A DNA stretch of 64,000 nt. Source: Candidatus Aminicenantes bacterium (GTDB lineage: Bacteria; Acidobacteriota; Aminicenantia; UBA2199). The translations under genes were made by a program, and so were the position numbers. The notes beneath the pieces are model-generated. The model ran no database searches. It had not been told where the DNA came from and saw nothing but the letters and a program-made list of their open reading frames with translations. This document shows, piece after piece, positions 37,898-47,218 of this stretch; position 1 is the first letter of the stretch; the number at the start of each line of letters is the position of its first letter. The stretch spans positions 5,317 through 69,316 of the forward strand of contig JAUWQW010000001.1 of the NCBI GenBank assembly GCA_030610885.1, read 5' to 3'.

Positions 37898-39331
37898 CTA
37901 ATTTTTTTTCTTTTTGAACAGGAAACTAAAGGGTGGTTTAGTTTTTTTTGAGTGCTTATTAGTGATTTCTTCTAATCTTTTTATTGCCAGAGCATGTTCT
38001 GGGTTTACTGATAATGCCTTTTTAAAATAGTTTTCAGCACTTTTTATCATATTCTCTGAAAAATATAATTTACCCAATGCAACAAGTGGTTCTGCGTTCC
38101 ATGGATCTATATCAACTGCTTTTTTTAGGTTTTTTTCAGCTTCTCTTTTCAATGTAGACACATTCATTTGGCTAAGTCCTAACAGGAGAAAATATGATGA
38201 TCTTGAGCTATCATATTTTACAGCTTCATTCATAACAGTTGAACTTTCCCAGTATCGTTGATTATTGTATAGAGTCTTGGCTTTCCTGTAGAGGATTTTT
38301 GCCCTTTCTATTAAGTTTTCATAAGTCTTATTTTTTGTCACAAGACTTTCTTTGTCATATTTTCTCTTTTGGTCTTCATCGCGTAATGTTTCAAATGCTT
38401 GATTTATGGAAGCAAACACAAGGTTTGCGATTTCCTGTATTTCAGGTTTAGAGGTAGTAGAAATTCTATCGGGGTGATATTTTTTTGCAAGTTTGAAATA
38501 AGCATCTTTTATCTCATCTTGGGTTGCATTATTTTCTATATTAAGTAATTGATATAAGTTAATTTTGTCTAATTTTATTTTTTCGTACAATTCTAATAGT
38601 TCTTCGATATTTTGTTCAAGATTCTCATCAATTTTAATTTCATAAAAGCTTACAATATTTAAGAGGTAGAATAGAATTGTTTTTTTCCAAAAAAATTCTT
38701 CTTTTATTTTTAATTCAGAAAATATTTGGTCAATTGACCTGTTTTTAAAATCAGATAATTTTTCGTAAAATTGACAATCTTCTGTAGACAGGGATTTTTT
38801 GATATTTTCTGGAATTGAGGAAACCTCAACTGCAAGAGAAAGGAATTTGTTTTTATAAAAAGAAAAATCACTTATTTTATTAATCCCTTCATTTATTATT
38901 TCTAATAAATCAATATCAAATTTTGAATTACTTGGAATGTTCAGGACATGTGAATTGAAATCCCATTCTACAGAGGGTAGAGAAAAAGTTGATATTGCAA
39001 TGGTTTTTATTTGATGAATGAGAGCAAAGTATATATCTTTATTATTTATTATCTTTTTATTTACTAGAATCCTTCCTAAATTATCTTTTTCTCCCTCAAC
39101 TAAATCTTTAATTTCTAAGAATTGTGATTGATTTATTTTTCTTAGCTCAAGTAAAATCTCACCAAATCTTTCCTCTTTTTTTGTGGTTTTAGCAAATGCT
39201 AAGTTTCCATTAAGAAAAAATAGGATTTTAGTAAAATCATGACCTCTTATAGTTAATTCACCATTCATTTTGTTTTTTAAAATGTCTCTATAAATTATTG
39301 GAACTGGAGTTTTATTTATTTGTTTTAGCAT
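37898..39331 (-). CDS. J-domain (DnaJ-like) protein with C-terminal TPR repeats
   Basis: Internal J domain with HPD (NATQDEIKDAYFKLAKKYHPDR). C-terminal TPR repeats (AKILYRKAKTLYNNQRYWESSTVMNEAVKYD, AEPLVALGKLYFSENMIKSAENYFKKALSVNPEH). The N-terminal approximately 230 aa are uncharacterized. Confidence 0.6.
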   Translation of the reverse strand: MLKQINKTPVPIIYRDILKNKMNGELTIRGHDFTKILFFLNGNLAFAKTTKKEERFGEILLELRKINQSQFLEIKDLVEGEKDNLGRILVNKKIINNKDIYFALIHQIKTIAISTFSLPSVEWDFNSHVLNIPSNSKFDIDLLEIINEGINKISDFSFYKNKFLSLAVEVSSIPENIKKSLSTEDCQFYEKLSDFKNRSIDQIFSELKIKEEFFWKKTILFYLLNIVSFYEIKIDENLEQNIEELLELYEKIKLDKINLYQLLNIENNATQDEIKDAYFKLAKKYHPDRISTTSKPEIQEIANLVFASINQAFETLRDEDQKRKYDKESLVTKNKTYENLIERAKILYRKAKTLYNNQRYWESSTVMNEAVKYDSSRSSYFLLLGLSQMNVSTLKREAEKNLKKAVDIDPWNAEPLVALGKLYFSENMIKSAENYFKKALSVNPEHALAIKRLEEITNKHSKKTKPPFSFLFKKKKN

Positions 39332-39622
39332 AATTTCTATAAGATTTCAGTCATCTCCTTCATTTTATATTATTATAGATTTAACTTTTTGTCAATTCAA
39401 CTTTATATTTGGTTTTTATTTAAATATAAGGAATAATTTTCTGTATTTATTAAATACTATAATGAAATTTCATATAAAACTTGACAAAATTTTAATTTTG
39501 TTTTATTAAAGTCTTGTGTAGGTTAAGTTTTTTACTAAAATGGGAGGTTGATATCCTCATTTATTTTATATGTAAAAAGTTTAATAAGGATGAATTATAT
39601 CGAGTATATTTAGGAGATTAAA

Positions 39623-40852
39623 ATGAAAAAAATCATTTATTTCTTTATTATTATGATGTTTTTTATAGTTCTTTTTTCAAAGGATCAAAAGAAGAAATAT
39701 AGTATTACTAAAGCTTATTCTTATAAAGAAGCTTCTCTTTTGATTTCTGAAACCGATTTGAACTGTACTTTTTTTATAAGAGAAAAGATAAAAAAAGATA
39801 TTGTAATCATTGGTGCAAAACAAATGGATTTAAGCAGAGAAGGATATTCTAATGGAGACAAGCTTTTTATTAATAAAGGGTCTGCTGATGGTTTACATAA
39901 AGGTGATATTTTTATGGTTCTTGAAAAAGGTCATAGTATATCCAATCCATTTAAAATACTGAAGAGTCTTGGCACTTATTATTTAAAGAAATCTCTTGCA
40001 GAGGTTTTTTATACTTATCCAGATAAATCTATAATCACCTTAATAAATGGATGTAATGCTGTAAATATTGGAGATATGTTAATTCCTTATAAAAAAGAAG
40101 AGATTGAATTTAAGAAAAAAGCTGAATATAAAAAATGCATACTCCCTAAATCGAAAGTCAAAGGGAAAGTTGTTTATATTGATTTATATACAAATTTTCA
40201 AAAGGAAATTGCAAGTACTTCAAGTTACATAGCTGTTGATTTAGGTAAAGCTATGGTAAAAAAAGGAGACTTCTTATTATTTTATAAAATGCTCAATAAA
40301 AAGCTCCCACCTGTAATAATTGGAACTGGAATTGTAATTAATGCACAGAATACAAATTCAACTGTTAAGATTTTAGACTCTGCATCTTGTATTGAATTAG
40401 GCACACTTGTAATTTTATTACCTGAAATAGAGCAGGAACAACCATTAAAAGAAGGTGAGAGTATTCCTATTGTGGAGGCTCTTAAAAAGGAGAAAGAGGC
40501 TGGAAAAATAGAATCTGTAGAACTAAATATTTTGTTTGGAATTGGTGAACATGAAATTAATGAAAAGTATAAGGATGAACTTAATAAGATTAAAGAGTTT
40601 ATAAGTGATAAATCTCAGTATGTTATAATTTTAAGAGGTTATGCTTGTAGTATAGGAGAGTTTGAATATAATTTAAAATTATCTCAAGAACGAGTGGAAA
40701 ATGTGAAGAGTTTTTTAATAAAAGAATATGGAATTGATGAAAATCTTGTTGAAACTTACTATTATGGTGAAAAAGAATCCATATATGATGATAGCATAGA
40801 ATTTGAGAGAAGAAAAAATAGGCGAGTAAATATTGAAGTAACTGGAAAATGA
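39623..40852 (+). CDS. OmpA-family protein (C-terminal OmpA/MotB peptidoglycan-binding domain)
   Basis: Signal peptide. C-terminal OmpA-like domain (ILRGYACSIGEFEYNLKLSQERVENVKSFL..YGEKESIYDDSIEFERRKNRRVNIEV). Confidence 0.7.
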   Translation: MKKIIYFFIIMMFFIVLFSKDQKKKYSITKAYSYKEASLLISETDLNCTFFIREKIKKDIVIIGAKQMDLSREGYSNGDKLFINKGSADGLHKGDIFMVLEKGHSISNPFKILKSLGTYYLKKSLAEVFYTYPDKSIITLINGCNAVNIGDMLIPYKKEEIEFKKKAEYKKCILPKSKVKGKVVYIDLYTNFQKEIASTSSYIAVDLGKAMVKKGDFLLFYKMLNKKLPPVIIGTGIVINAQNTNSTVKILDSASCIELGTLVILLPEIEQEQPLKEGESIPIVEALKKEKEAGKIESVELNILFGIGEHEINEKYKDELNKIKEFISDKSQYVIILRGYACSIGEFEYNLKLSQERVENVKSFLIKEYGIDENLVETYYYGEKESIYDDSIEFERRKNRRVNIEVTGK

Positions 40853-41442
40853 AAAAAGTGATTAAATCTTTTCTGTCAATTTTAGTTTGTTTCTTTTTTA
40901 TATTAAATTTGTCTTGTATGAGTCTTTATAGTAAAGGTGATGTTGATCTTGTAAAACTTAAAAAAAAGGAAGAAGAAAGGAGAAAGAAATTAAAAAAACC
41001 GAAACTTATTGTTAACAATGCTAATGTAAATACAATCAAAGTTCCTGTAAAAAAATATAGTTTTATTCAAATGGAGTCTGTTGAAGATGATGAACAAGAA
41101 AAACAAAGCAAGAAGGAACCTAATGGAAAAATAGAGAAAAAAGAGCCAAAAGATCCTGAGAAAACAAGAGAATATTGGCAGGAACTTAAAAAGAAATTGG
41201 AGTTTGATATAAGGACCTTAGAAGAGGGAGTTAGAAATGATCAGCTTAGGCTTAATAAAATGTATAGTGATTATTATTCCATGAGTTTACCTTTTCAAAA
41301 GATTAATATAAAAGATCAGATTGATAAGTTTTCAGATTTGTTGGAAAAAGATAAACTAAAATTACAAAATCTCAAGAAAGATATGGATTCACTTTCTGAT
41401 AAAGCAAGAAAGGCAGGTGTACCCCCAGGATGGATTAGGTAG
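40849..41442 (+). CDS. hypothetical lipoprotein, lysine/glutamate-rich coiled-coil
   Basis: Signal peptide with lipobox (LNLSCMS). Overlaps the ompA-family gene stop (ATGA). I recognise no domain. Confidence 0.4.
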   Translation: MKKVIKSFLSILVCFFFILNLSCMSLYSKGDVDLVKLKKKEEERRKKLKKPKLIVNNANVNTIKVPVKKYSFIQMESVEDDEQEKQSKKEPNGKIEKKEPKDPEKTREYWQELKKKLEFDIRTLEEGVRNDQLRLNKMYSDYYSMSLPFQKINIKDQIDKFSDLLEKDKLKLQNLKKDMDSLSDKARKAGVPPGWIR

Positions 41443-41510
41443 TAACCTGCATTTTTAGGATTTTTTTTACAAAAAATTATTGAGTAAAATCTATCAAATG
41501 AGGAATTACA

Positions 41511-42548
41511 ATGTATCCTGCTATTGAATGGAAAAATAATAAGGTTTATATGATTGATCAGAGGTTATTGCCATTGGAGGAGAAATTTATTGAACACTCA
41601 AAATATACTGAAGTTGCACAAAGTATAAAAAACATGGTTGTTCGAGGTGCACCAGCAATTGGGGTTGCTGCTGCTATGGGAATTGCCTTAGGTGTTTTAA
41701 ATGAAAATAAAAATTATTTAAAGGAGTTTCCTAAGATAATAAAAGTTATTTCTTCAACCAGACCTACTGCTGTAAATCTTTTCTGGGCAGTGGAAAGAAT
41801 GAAAAGGGTTTTTAATGAATTTAATTATGATTATGATATTTTAAAAAGGAAAATGGTTGAAGAAGCATTGTGTATTGATAAAGAAGATGTGAAAATTAAC
41901 AAGAAAATTGGTAAAAATGGCGAGGTTCTATTAAAGTCGGGTCAAAGAGTTTTAACTCATTGCAATGCGGGTGCTCTTGCAACTGCTGGATATGGAACTG
42001 CACTTGGAGTGATAAGAGCTGCTTATGAGAATAAAAAAGATATTTTAGTTATTGCTGGTGAAACAAGACCTTATTTACAGGGAGCAAGGTTAACTGTTTG
42101 GGAGTTACAAAAAGATAATATTCCTGTAAAACTAATAACTGATAATATGGCTGGATATCTTATGTCTAAAGGCTTGATAGATGCTGTTATTGTTGGTGCG
42201 GATCGTATTGCAGCAAATGGAGATACTGCAAATAAAATAGGGACATATTCATTGGCAATTCTTGCTAAATTCCATAAAATTCCCTTTTATATTGCAGCTC
42301 CTATATCAACAATTGATTTTTCAATTACATCAGGCAAAGAAATCCCAATTGAGCAGAGGCCTAAACATGAGGTGATTAATTTTAGAAATCAAAGAATTGC
42401 TTCACCTGAAACACAGGTATATAATCCTGCTTTTGATGTTACACCAAATAATTTAATCAGCGCAATTATAACGGAAAAAAGGGTTATTTATCCATGTTTT
42501 AAAAAAGAGATAAAAAAATTAAAGTTAATTGAACAAAATGCCTTATGA
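41511..42548 (+). CDS. mtnA: S-methyl-5-thioribose-1-phosphate isomerase (eIF-2B alpha/beta/delta-like family)
   Basis: MtnA-type motifs are present: IDQRLLP, VRGAPAIGVAAA, VLTHCNAGALAT, RPYLQGARLT, GADRIAANGDTANKIGTY. Confidence 0.8.
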   Translation: MYPAIEWKNNKVYMIDQRLLPLEEKFIEHSKYTEVAQSIKNMVVRGAPAIGVAAAMGIALGVLNENKNYLKEFPKIIKVISSTRPTAVNLFWAVERMKRVFNEFNYDYDILKRKMVEEALCIDKEDVKINKKIGKNGEVLLKSGQRVLTHCNAGALATAGYGTALGVIRAAYENKKDILVIAGETRPYLQGARLTVWELQKDNIPVKLITDNMAGYLMSKGLIDAVIVGADRIAANGDTANKIGTYSLAILAKFHKIPFYIAAPISTIDFSITSGKEIPIEQRPKHEVINFRNQRIASPETQVYNPAFDVTPNNLISAIITEKRVIYPCFKKEIKKLKLIEQNAL

Positions 42549-42585
42549 TTTCGTATAACTTTAAGATTATAAATAAGGAGTGCTT

Positions 42586-44727
42586 ATGAAAAAAAATTTT
42601 ATTATTTTATTTATATTATTTAGCCTTACTCTATTTGTTTTTGGAGAGGAAGGAATGTGGCAGTTAAATCAGCTAAAAGGATTAAATCTGCAAAAAAAAG
42701 GCTTGAAAATTGATATTTCAGAAATCTATAGTCCGGACAAACCCTGCATTGCAGATGCTATTGTTTTACTTGGAGGGGGGACTTCTGAATTAATCTCTTC
42801 TGATGGACTCATATTAACAAATCACCATGTGGCTTTTGGAGCTGTTCAACGTGCATCTATAAAAGGAACAGATTTTGTTACGAAGGGATTTCTTGCTAAG
42901 TCCTATAAAGATGAAATTGAAGCTCTTGGATATACGGCAAGTATTCTCCAGAAAATGGAAGATGTCACAAATCAATTTGTTAAGTTTAAGAGAATAAAGG
43001 ATCTTGTTAAACGTAAAAAGGAAATAGAAAGGAAGATAAAAAAGATAACTGATAAAATTGAGAAGGGTAAAGATGATATAAGAGCAACAATTGCAAGAAT
43101 GTATGAGGGTAAACAGTATATTTTGTTTGTGCACAAACGTTTTGATGATATTCGTGTTGTTTATGTACCACCTAAGGCAATTGGAAATTATGGAGGAGAT
43201 ATTGATAATTGGATGTGGCCACGTCATACAGGTGATTTTTCTTTTTTGAGGATTTATATGGCTCCTGATGGGTCAGGTAGAAAGTATAACAAGGAAAATG
43301 TACCATATAAACCGAAATATTGGCTAAAAATAGCAAAAGATAATTTAAAAGATGGAGATTTTACTTTTATTATGGGATACCCTGGAAGGACCAGCCGATA
43401 TAGAACATCTTATTCAGTTGATGAAAATTTAAACCATGTATACCCAACCAGGATTAAATTATATAAAGAGCTTATTGATTTGTTAGAGAAATATGGTAAG
43501 GATTCAATGATTGCAAAGATGAAGGTGTCAGGATTCATTAAGGGATTGAATAATGGTATGAAGAATTATCAGGGTAAAATTGAAGATATGAACCGTATAA
43601 ATTATTTGCAGAAGAAAATAGAACAGGAAAAGAAATTCATGGCTTTTTTGAATGAGAACAAGAAATTGAAGAAAAAGTATGGAAAAGCTCTTGAAAAAAT
43701 AAAAGTGCTTTATGAAATAAATAAAAAGACCAGAGATCATGATGAATTATTCTCCATGTTTGGCTTTTTAGGCGGTACAGTTCCTGGAATGGGTATTCAG
43801 ATATATAATACTGCAAGAGAGAGAGAGAAACCAAAGAAATTGCGTGACCCGAGATTTTCTGAAAAGGATATAAAGAGAGCTGTTTCACGTCTTCAATTTA
43901 GATTTATGTCTTTTTATGAACCTTCAGATAAGGCTTTTTTAAATAAAACTTTGAAAATGGCTTCCAAGCTCCCGGAAAGTTCACGAATTAAGGGCTTAGA
44001 TTATATTTTAAAGAATAAAACTAAGGCAATAGAGCAGTTTGTAGATAAGTCATACAAGAATACCAAACTTAAAGATGTGAAATATGTAAAGTCTCTTTTC
44101 AATAAGACTGTAAAAGAATTAGAAGCATTGGATGATCCTTTTATAAATATGGGCAAGAGCCTTTATGCTGAGAAAGAGGAGCTTCGTAAACGTAATGAGA
44201 AATTTAATGCAAATATAACTGAATTAAGAAAACAATACATCTCAGCACTTTCAAAATGGAAAGGTGAGACTATTTATTCTGATGCAAACAGAACCATTCG
44301 TTTTACATATGGAAATGTTGAAGGCTATAGCCCAAAAGATGCAGTTTACTATGCTCCATTTACAACTTTTAAAGGTATTGTAGAAAAAGATACTGGTAAA
44401 TCCCCATTTGATATGCCCAAGGCTTTAAGGCAACTTTATGAAAAAAAGGATTTTGGAAAATGGAAAGATCCAATTTTGAATGATGTACCTGTAGATTTTC
44501 TTCATAAATGTGATATAACGGGTGGAAATAGCGGAAGTCCTGTTTTAAATGCAAATGGTGAATTGATTGGTATTGCATTTGATGGAAACTGGGAAGCTAT
44601 GAATAGTGATTGGGAATTTAATGAAGCTAAACAGAGAACAATTTCTGTTGATGTGCGTTATGTTATGTTTATTACTGAAAAATTGGGAAAAGCTGATCGC
44701 ATTTTAAAAGAGGTCGGATTAAAATAA
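42586..44727 (+). CDS. S46-family dipeptidyl-peptidase (DPP7/DPP11-like serine peptidase)
   Basis: Signal peptide then GEEGMWQLNQL, the S46 N-terminal hallmark. Catalytic His region TNHHV. C-terminal GGNSGSPVLNANGELIGIAFDGNWE (catalytic Ser). AAGGAG lies 7 nt upstream of ATG 42586. The track starts at GTG 42580. Confidence 0.85.
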   Translation: MKKNFIILFILFSLTLFVFGEEGMWQLNQLKGLNLQKKGLKIDISEIYSPDKPCIADAIVLLGGGTSELISSDGLILTNHHVAFGAVQRASIKGTDFVTKGFLAKSYKDEIEALGYTASILQKMEDVTNQFVKFKRIKDLVKRKKEIERKIKKITDKIEKGKDDIRATIARMYEGKQYILFVHKRFDDIRVVYVPPKAIGNYGGDIDNWMWPRHTGDFSFLRIYMAPDGSGRKYNKENVPYKPKYWLKIAKDNLKDGDFTFIMGYPGRTSRYRTSYSVDENLNHVYPTRIKLYKELIDLLEKYGKDSMIAKMKVSGFIKGLNNGMKNYQGKIEDMNRINYLQKKIEQEKKFMAFLNENKKLKKKYGKALEKIKVLYEINKKTRDHDELFSMFGFLGGTVPGMGIQIYNTAREREKPKKLRDPRFSEKDIKRAVSRLQFRFMSFYEPSDKAFLNKTLKMASKLPESSRIKGLDYILKNKTKAIEQFVDKSYKNTKLKDVKYVKSLFNKTVKELEALDDPFINMGKSLYAEKEELRKRNEKFNANITELRKQYISALSKWKGETIYSDANRTIRFTYGNVEGYSPKDAVYYAPFTTFKGIVEKDTGKSPFDMPKALRQLYEKKDFGKWKDPILNDVPVDFLHKCDITGGNSGSPVLNANGELIGIAFDGNWEAMNSDWEFNEAKQRTISVDVRYVMFITEKLGKADRILKEVGLK

Positions 44728-44750
44728 CACCCCATTATTATACATATAAA

Positions 44751-44787
44751 GGGAGGTAGAAGATAAATCTTCTACCTCCCTTTTACT
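44751..44787 (+). terminator. rho-independent terminator after the S46 peptidase gene
   Basis: Perfect 13-bp stem GGGAGGTAGAAGA-taaa-TCTTCTACCTCCC, followed by TTTTACTTT. Confidence 0.75.
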
Positions 44788-44924
44788 TTATTCACAAATA
44801 TAATATTCAAAATCTTATAAAAAACACACATATTTATTGAAATCCATATATATATCATATAATATTTAAATTATGTCTGAAAAGAAATTTTGTATAAGTT
44901 ATAATTTCAGACACATATGCAAGT

Positions 44925-46475
44925 TTGAGTGTAATGTTTAATAAAAAGCTTTCATTTCTTATAGGAACAATAATCATTTTAATGATCATTATGGCATACC
45001 TTTCAGCCCTCAATATTTACCTTAGGGGAGATGACTTTGAATGGCTCAACTCAATATACGGTTGTTGGGAACAGCCATTAAGTTTATTTTCGACAATCAA
45101 CAATTTTTTCAGACCAATGGTTAAGCTTTCTTACCTATTGAATTATACTCTGTTTGGCACAAATACCCCTTTTTATGCAGCAACAACAATCTTGATTCAC
45201 CTTGGGAATGTTTTATTATTGTATATCTTGATTTTGAGAATCACACGCAGAATAATTCCTGCTTCAATCACCTCACTTGTTTTTGGTATTTCCCCGCTAT
45301 ACAGCGAAATTACTTTATGGTCAGCAGCAAGGCCGGACTCTATTATGCTTTTATTTATACTAAGCTCTTTAATCGTAGTAGCCAAACCCGGGAAACAAAT
45401 TAAAAAAAGGGATTTTTTCCTATTATTTATATTTGGATTAGGGGCAGCTTGTTCAAAAGAAACCTGGATTATCCTTCCCTTTGTTTTAATAAGTTTTCTG
45501 ATTTTAATAAAAAAGTATACAATTAGAGATGCAGTAAAGAGCTCTTTTGTGATTATCTTTTTGTTAATATTATATCTGGTTTTTTTTATAGTAGTGCCTA
45601 TAATTTCAAATGCTCCTTCTCCAACAAATTATGCTGACTATGACATGAATTACGGATTGAAAAAAGTAGGGTATTTAATTTTTAAATATACTGGATTTGG
45701 GAATTTATATACGGGTGAAATCTGGCAAATATTGCTTGTTTTTGTATCATTTAGTGGGTTTGGGTTTTTACTCTTTTGTCAAAAAAATAGACTGGCTTTC
45801 TGGGGTATGGCTTTTATGATTCTTTCAATGCTTCCCACTATTCTTATAAAGTATGCACCATCTCGATATAACTATCTTCCTCTTATGGGATTCTATATAA
45901 TGGTAATTGCCTTTTTTGAAAAAGGGATAGAATGGTTATCAAAAAAGTATAAAATTAAGAAAATTTATATATCAATCGTTATTATTACTACCTTAGTCTT
46001 TTATTTATCTTTTCAGTATATTATGTTGCAATGGGAAATAAAAGACTATAAATATTTTGGAAATTCACACAAACAAGTGGTTAATATGTATAATAAGGTA
46101 AAAGATAAATTATCTCTCAATCAACCTATAATTTTTATAAATGCAGGCACTAAAAAAGCTGTAAGTGAAGCGTCACAAAGTGTTCAAGGATATTCCAAAT
46201 TATTATTTGTAAGAAGGCATGGAATATGGCAGATGGTCTATCTTGCTTCTCTGGCAAATTTTTCAGGGAAACCTTTCAAGTATTTGATGATCCCTATTCC
46301 CAAAAAGGAATTGGAAAGTGTAATTAAAGGAAAGTTTAGAGTACTTGTATTTAAAGATAATGGTTTTTCTTTTACTGAAAAATATAATACAAGCCTTAAA
46401 GAATTCTATAATAGATATCACTGCCTTCCAGATCAAGTCAAGGCTCTACAGTTTGTAAACATAAAAAGAGAATGA
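44925..46475 (+). CDS. polytopic membrane protein, GT-C fold PMT/TMTC (DUF1736-type) glycosyltransferase-like, no TPR domain
   Basis: After TM1 there is a DD motif (YLRGDDFEWLNS), then FRPMVKLSYLLNYTLFGTNTPFYAATTILIHLGNVLLLYIL. This is the same pattern as the TMTC-like protein at 55736 (YMPIVILSHTVEFHFFNLNPLPYHTHNLILHLINCILIFYL). There are more than 10 predicted TM helices and a C-terminal soluble domain. Confidence 0.5.
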   Translation: MSVMFNKKLSFLIGTIIILMIIMAYLSALNIYLRGDDFEWLNSIYGCWEQPLSLFSTINNFFRPMVKLSYLLNYTLFGTNTPFYAATTILIHLGNVLLLYILILRITRRIIPASITSLVFGISPLYSEITLWSAARPDSIMLLFILSSLIVVAKPGKQIKKRDFFLLFIFGLGAACSKETWIILPFVLISFLILIKKYTIRDAVKSSFVIIFLLILYLVFFIVVPIISNAPSPTNYADYDMNYGLKKVGYLIFKYTGFGNLYTGEIWQILLVFVSFSGFGFLLFCQKNRLAFWGMAFMILSMLPTILIKYAPSRYNYLPLMGFYIMVIAFFEKGIEWLSKKYKIKKIYISIVIITTLVFYLSFQYIMLQWEIKDYKYFGNSHKQVVNMYNKVKDKLSLNQPIIFINAGTKKAVSEASQSVQGYSKLLFVRRHGIWQMVYLASLANFSGKPFKYLMIPIPKKELESVIKGKFRVLVFKDNGFSFTEKYNTSLKEFYNRYHCLPDQVKALQFVNIKRE

Positions 46476-46498
46476 ATGAAATTCAAATGAGTAGTTAA

Positions 46499-47218
46499 AT
46501 GAAAAAAAATAAAATATTAATTATTATTCCCACTTTTAATGAATGTGGAAATATCAGTATTCTTATGAAACAGATCATTGAAACCGTTTCTAATATTGAT
46601 ATCTTAGTGATTGATGATGATTCCTTTGATGGAACTGCACAGGAAGTAATGGCTTTTTCAAAAGTTACTAAAACAAAAATTGATATTATTGTCCGAAAAG
46701 GAGTTCGAGGCCTTGGGACTGCATATACAACAGGATTCAAATATGGATTGAAGCATCAATATGATGTGATCATCACAATGGATGCAGATCTCTCTCATAA
46801 TCCAGATCATTTACCTGCTTTCCTGGATGCTATTGAGAAATATGATATAGTTGTAGGGTCGAGGTATATTAAACATGGTGGAACGATCAACTGGAGGATC
46901 CGCCGCATTTTATTAAGTTGGCTTGCCAATAAATTTGCCAGGTTTGTATTAGGACTGGGAGGACATGATCTAACATCAGGTTTTCGAGCTTATGGTAGAT
47001 CTATTCTTGAAACAATTGATCTGGATAAAATAAAGTCAAATGGATATTCTTATCTTGTTGAGATGCTTTTTCTTACAAAGAAAAGGGGTGCTCAGATCAC
47101 AGAAATCCCAATTATCTTTGTGGACCGCACAATGGGTAAATCAAAGATATCCAAGCAAGAGATATACAGGGGAGCCTTTACATTGTTGCGTCTCCGCTTT
47201 TTTAGTCATGAACGTTAA
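46499..47218 (+). CDS. GT2-family polyprenyl-phosphate sugar synthase (Dpm1-like dolichol/polyprenol-phosphate mannosyltransferase), soluble form
   Basis: ILIIIPTFNECGNI, DDDSFDGT and DADLSHNP are the GT-A DxD region. 239 aa with no TM segment, typical of a Dpm1/Ppm1 catalytic subunit. Confidence 0.75.
   Translation: MKKNKILIIIPTFNECGNISILMKQIIETVSNIDILVIDDDSFDGTAQEVMAFSKVTKTKIDIIVRKGVRGLGTAYTTGFKYGLKHQYDVIITMDADLSHNPDHLPAFLDAIEKYDIVVGSRYIKHGGTINWRIRRILLSWLANKFARFVLGLGGHDLTSGFRAYGRSILETIDLDKIKSNGYSYLVEMLFLTKKRGAQITEIPIIFVDRTMGKSKISKQEIYRGAFTLLRLRFFSHER

Noticed and set aside
47040-47207. Upstream extension of the methyltransferase ORF (track start 47040)
   Set aside because: The extension runs in a different frame across the last 60 codons of the Dpm1-like GT2 gene. 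The methyltransferase domain with its zinc ribbon begins at the internal ATG 47208, which gives a normal 11-nt overlap.
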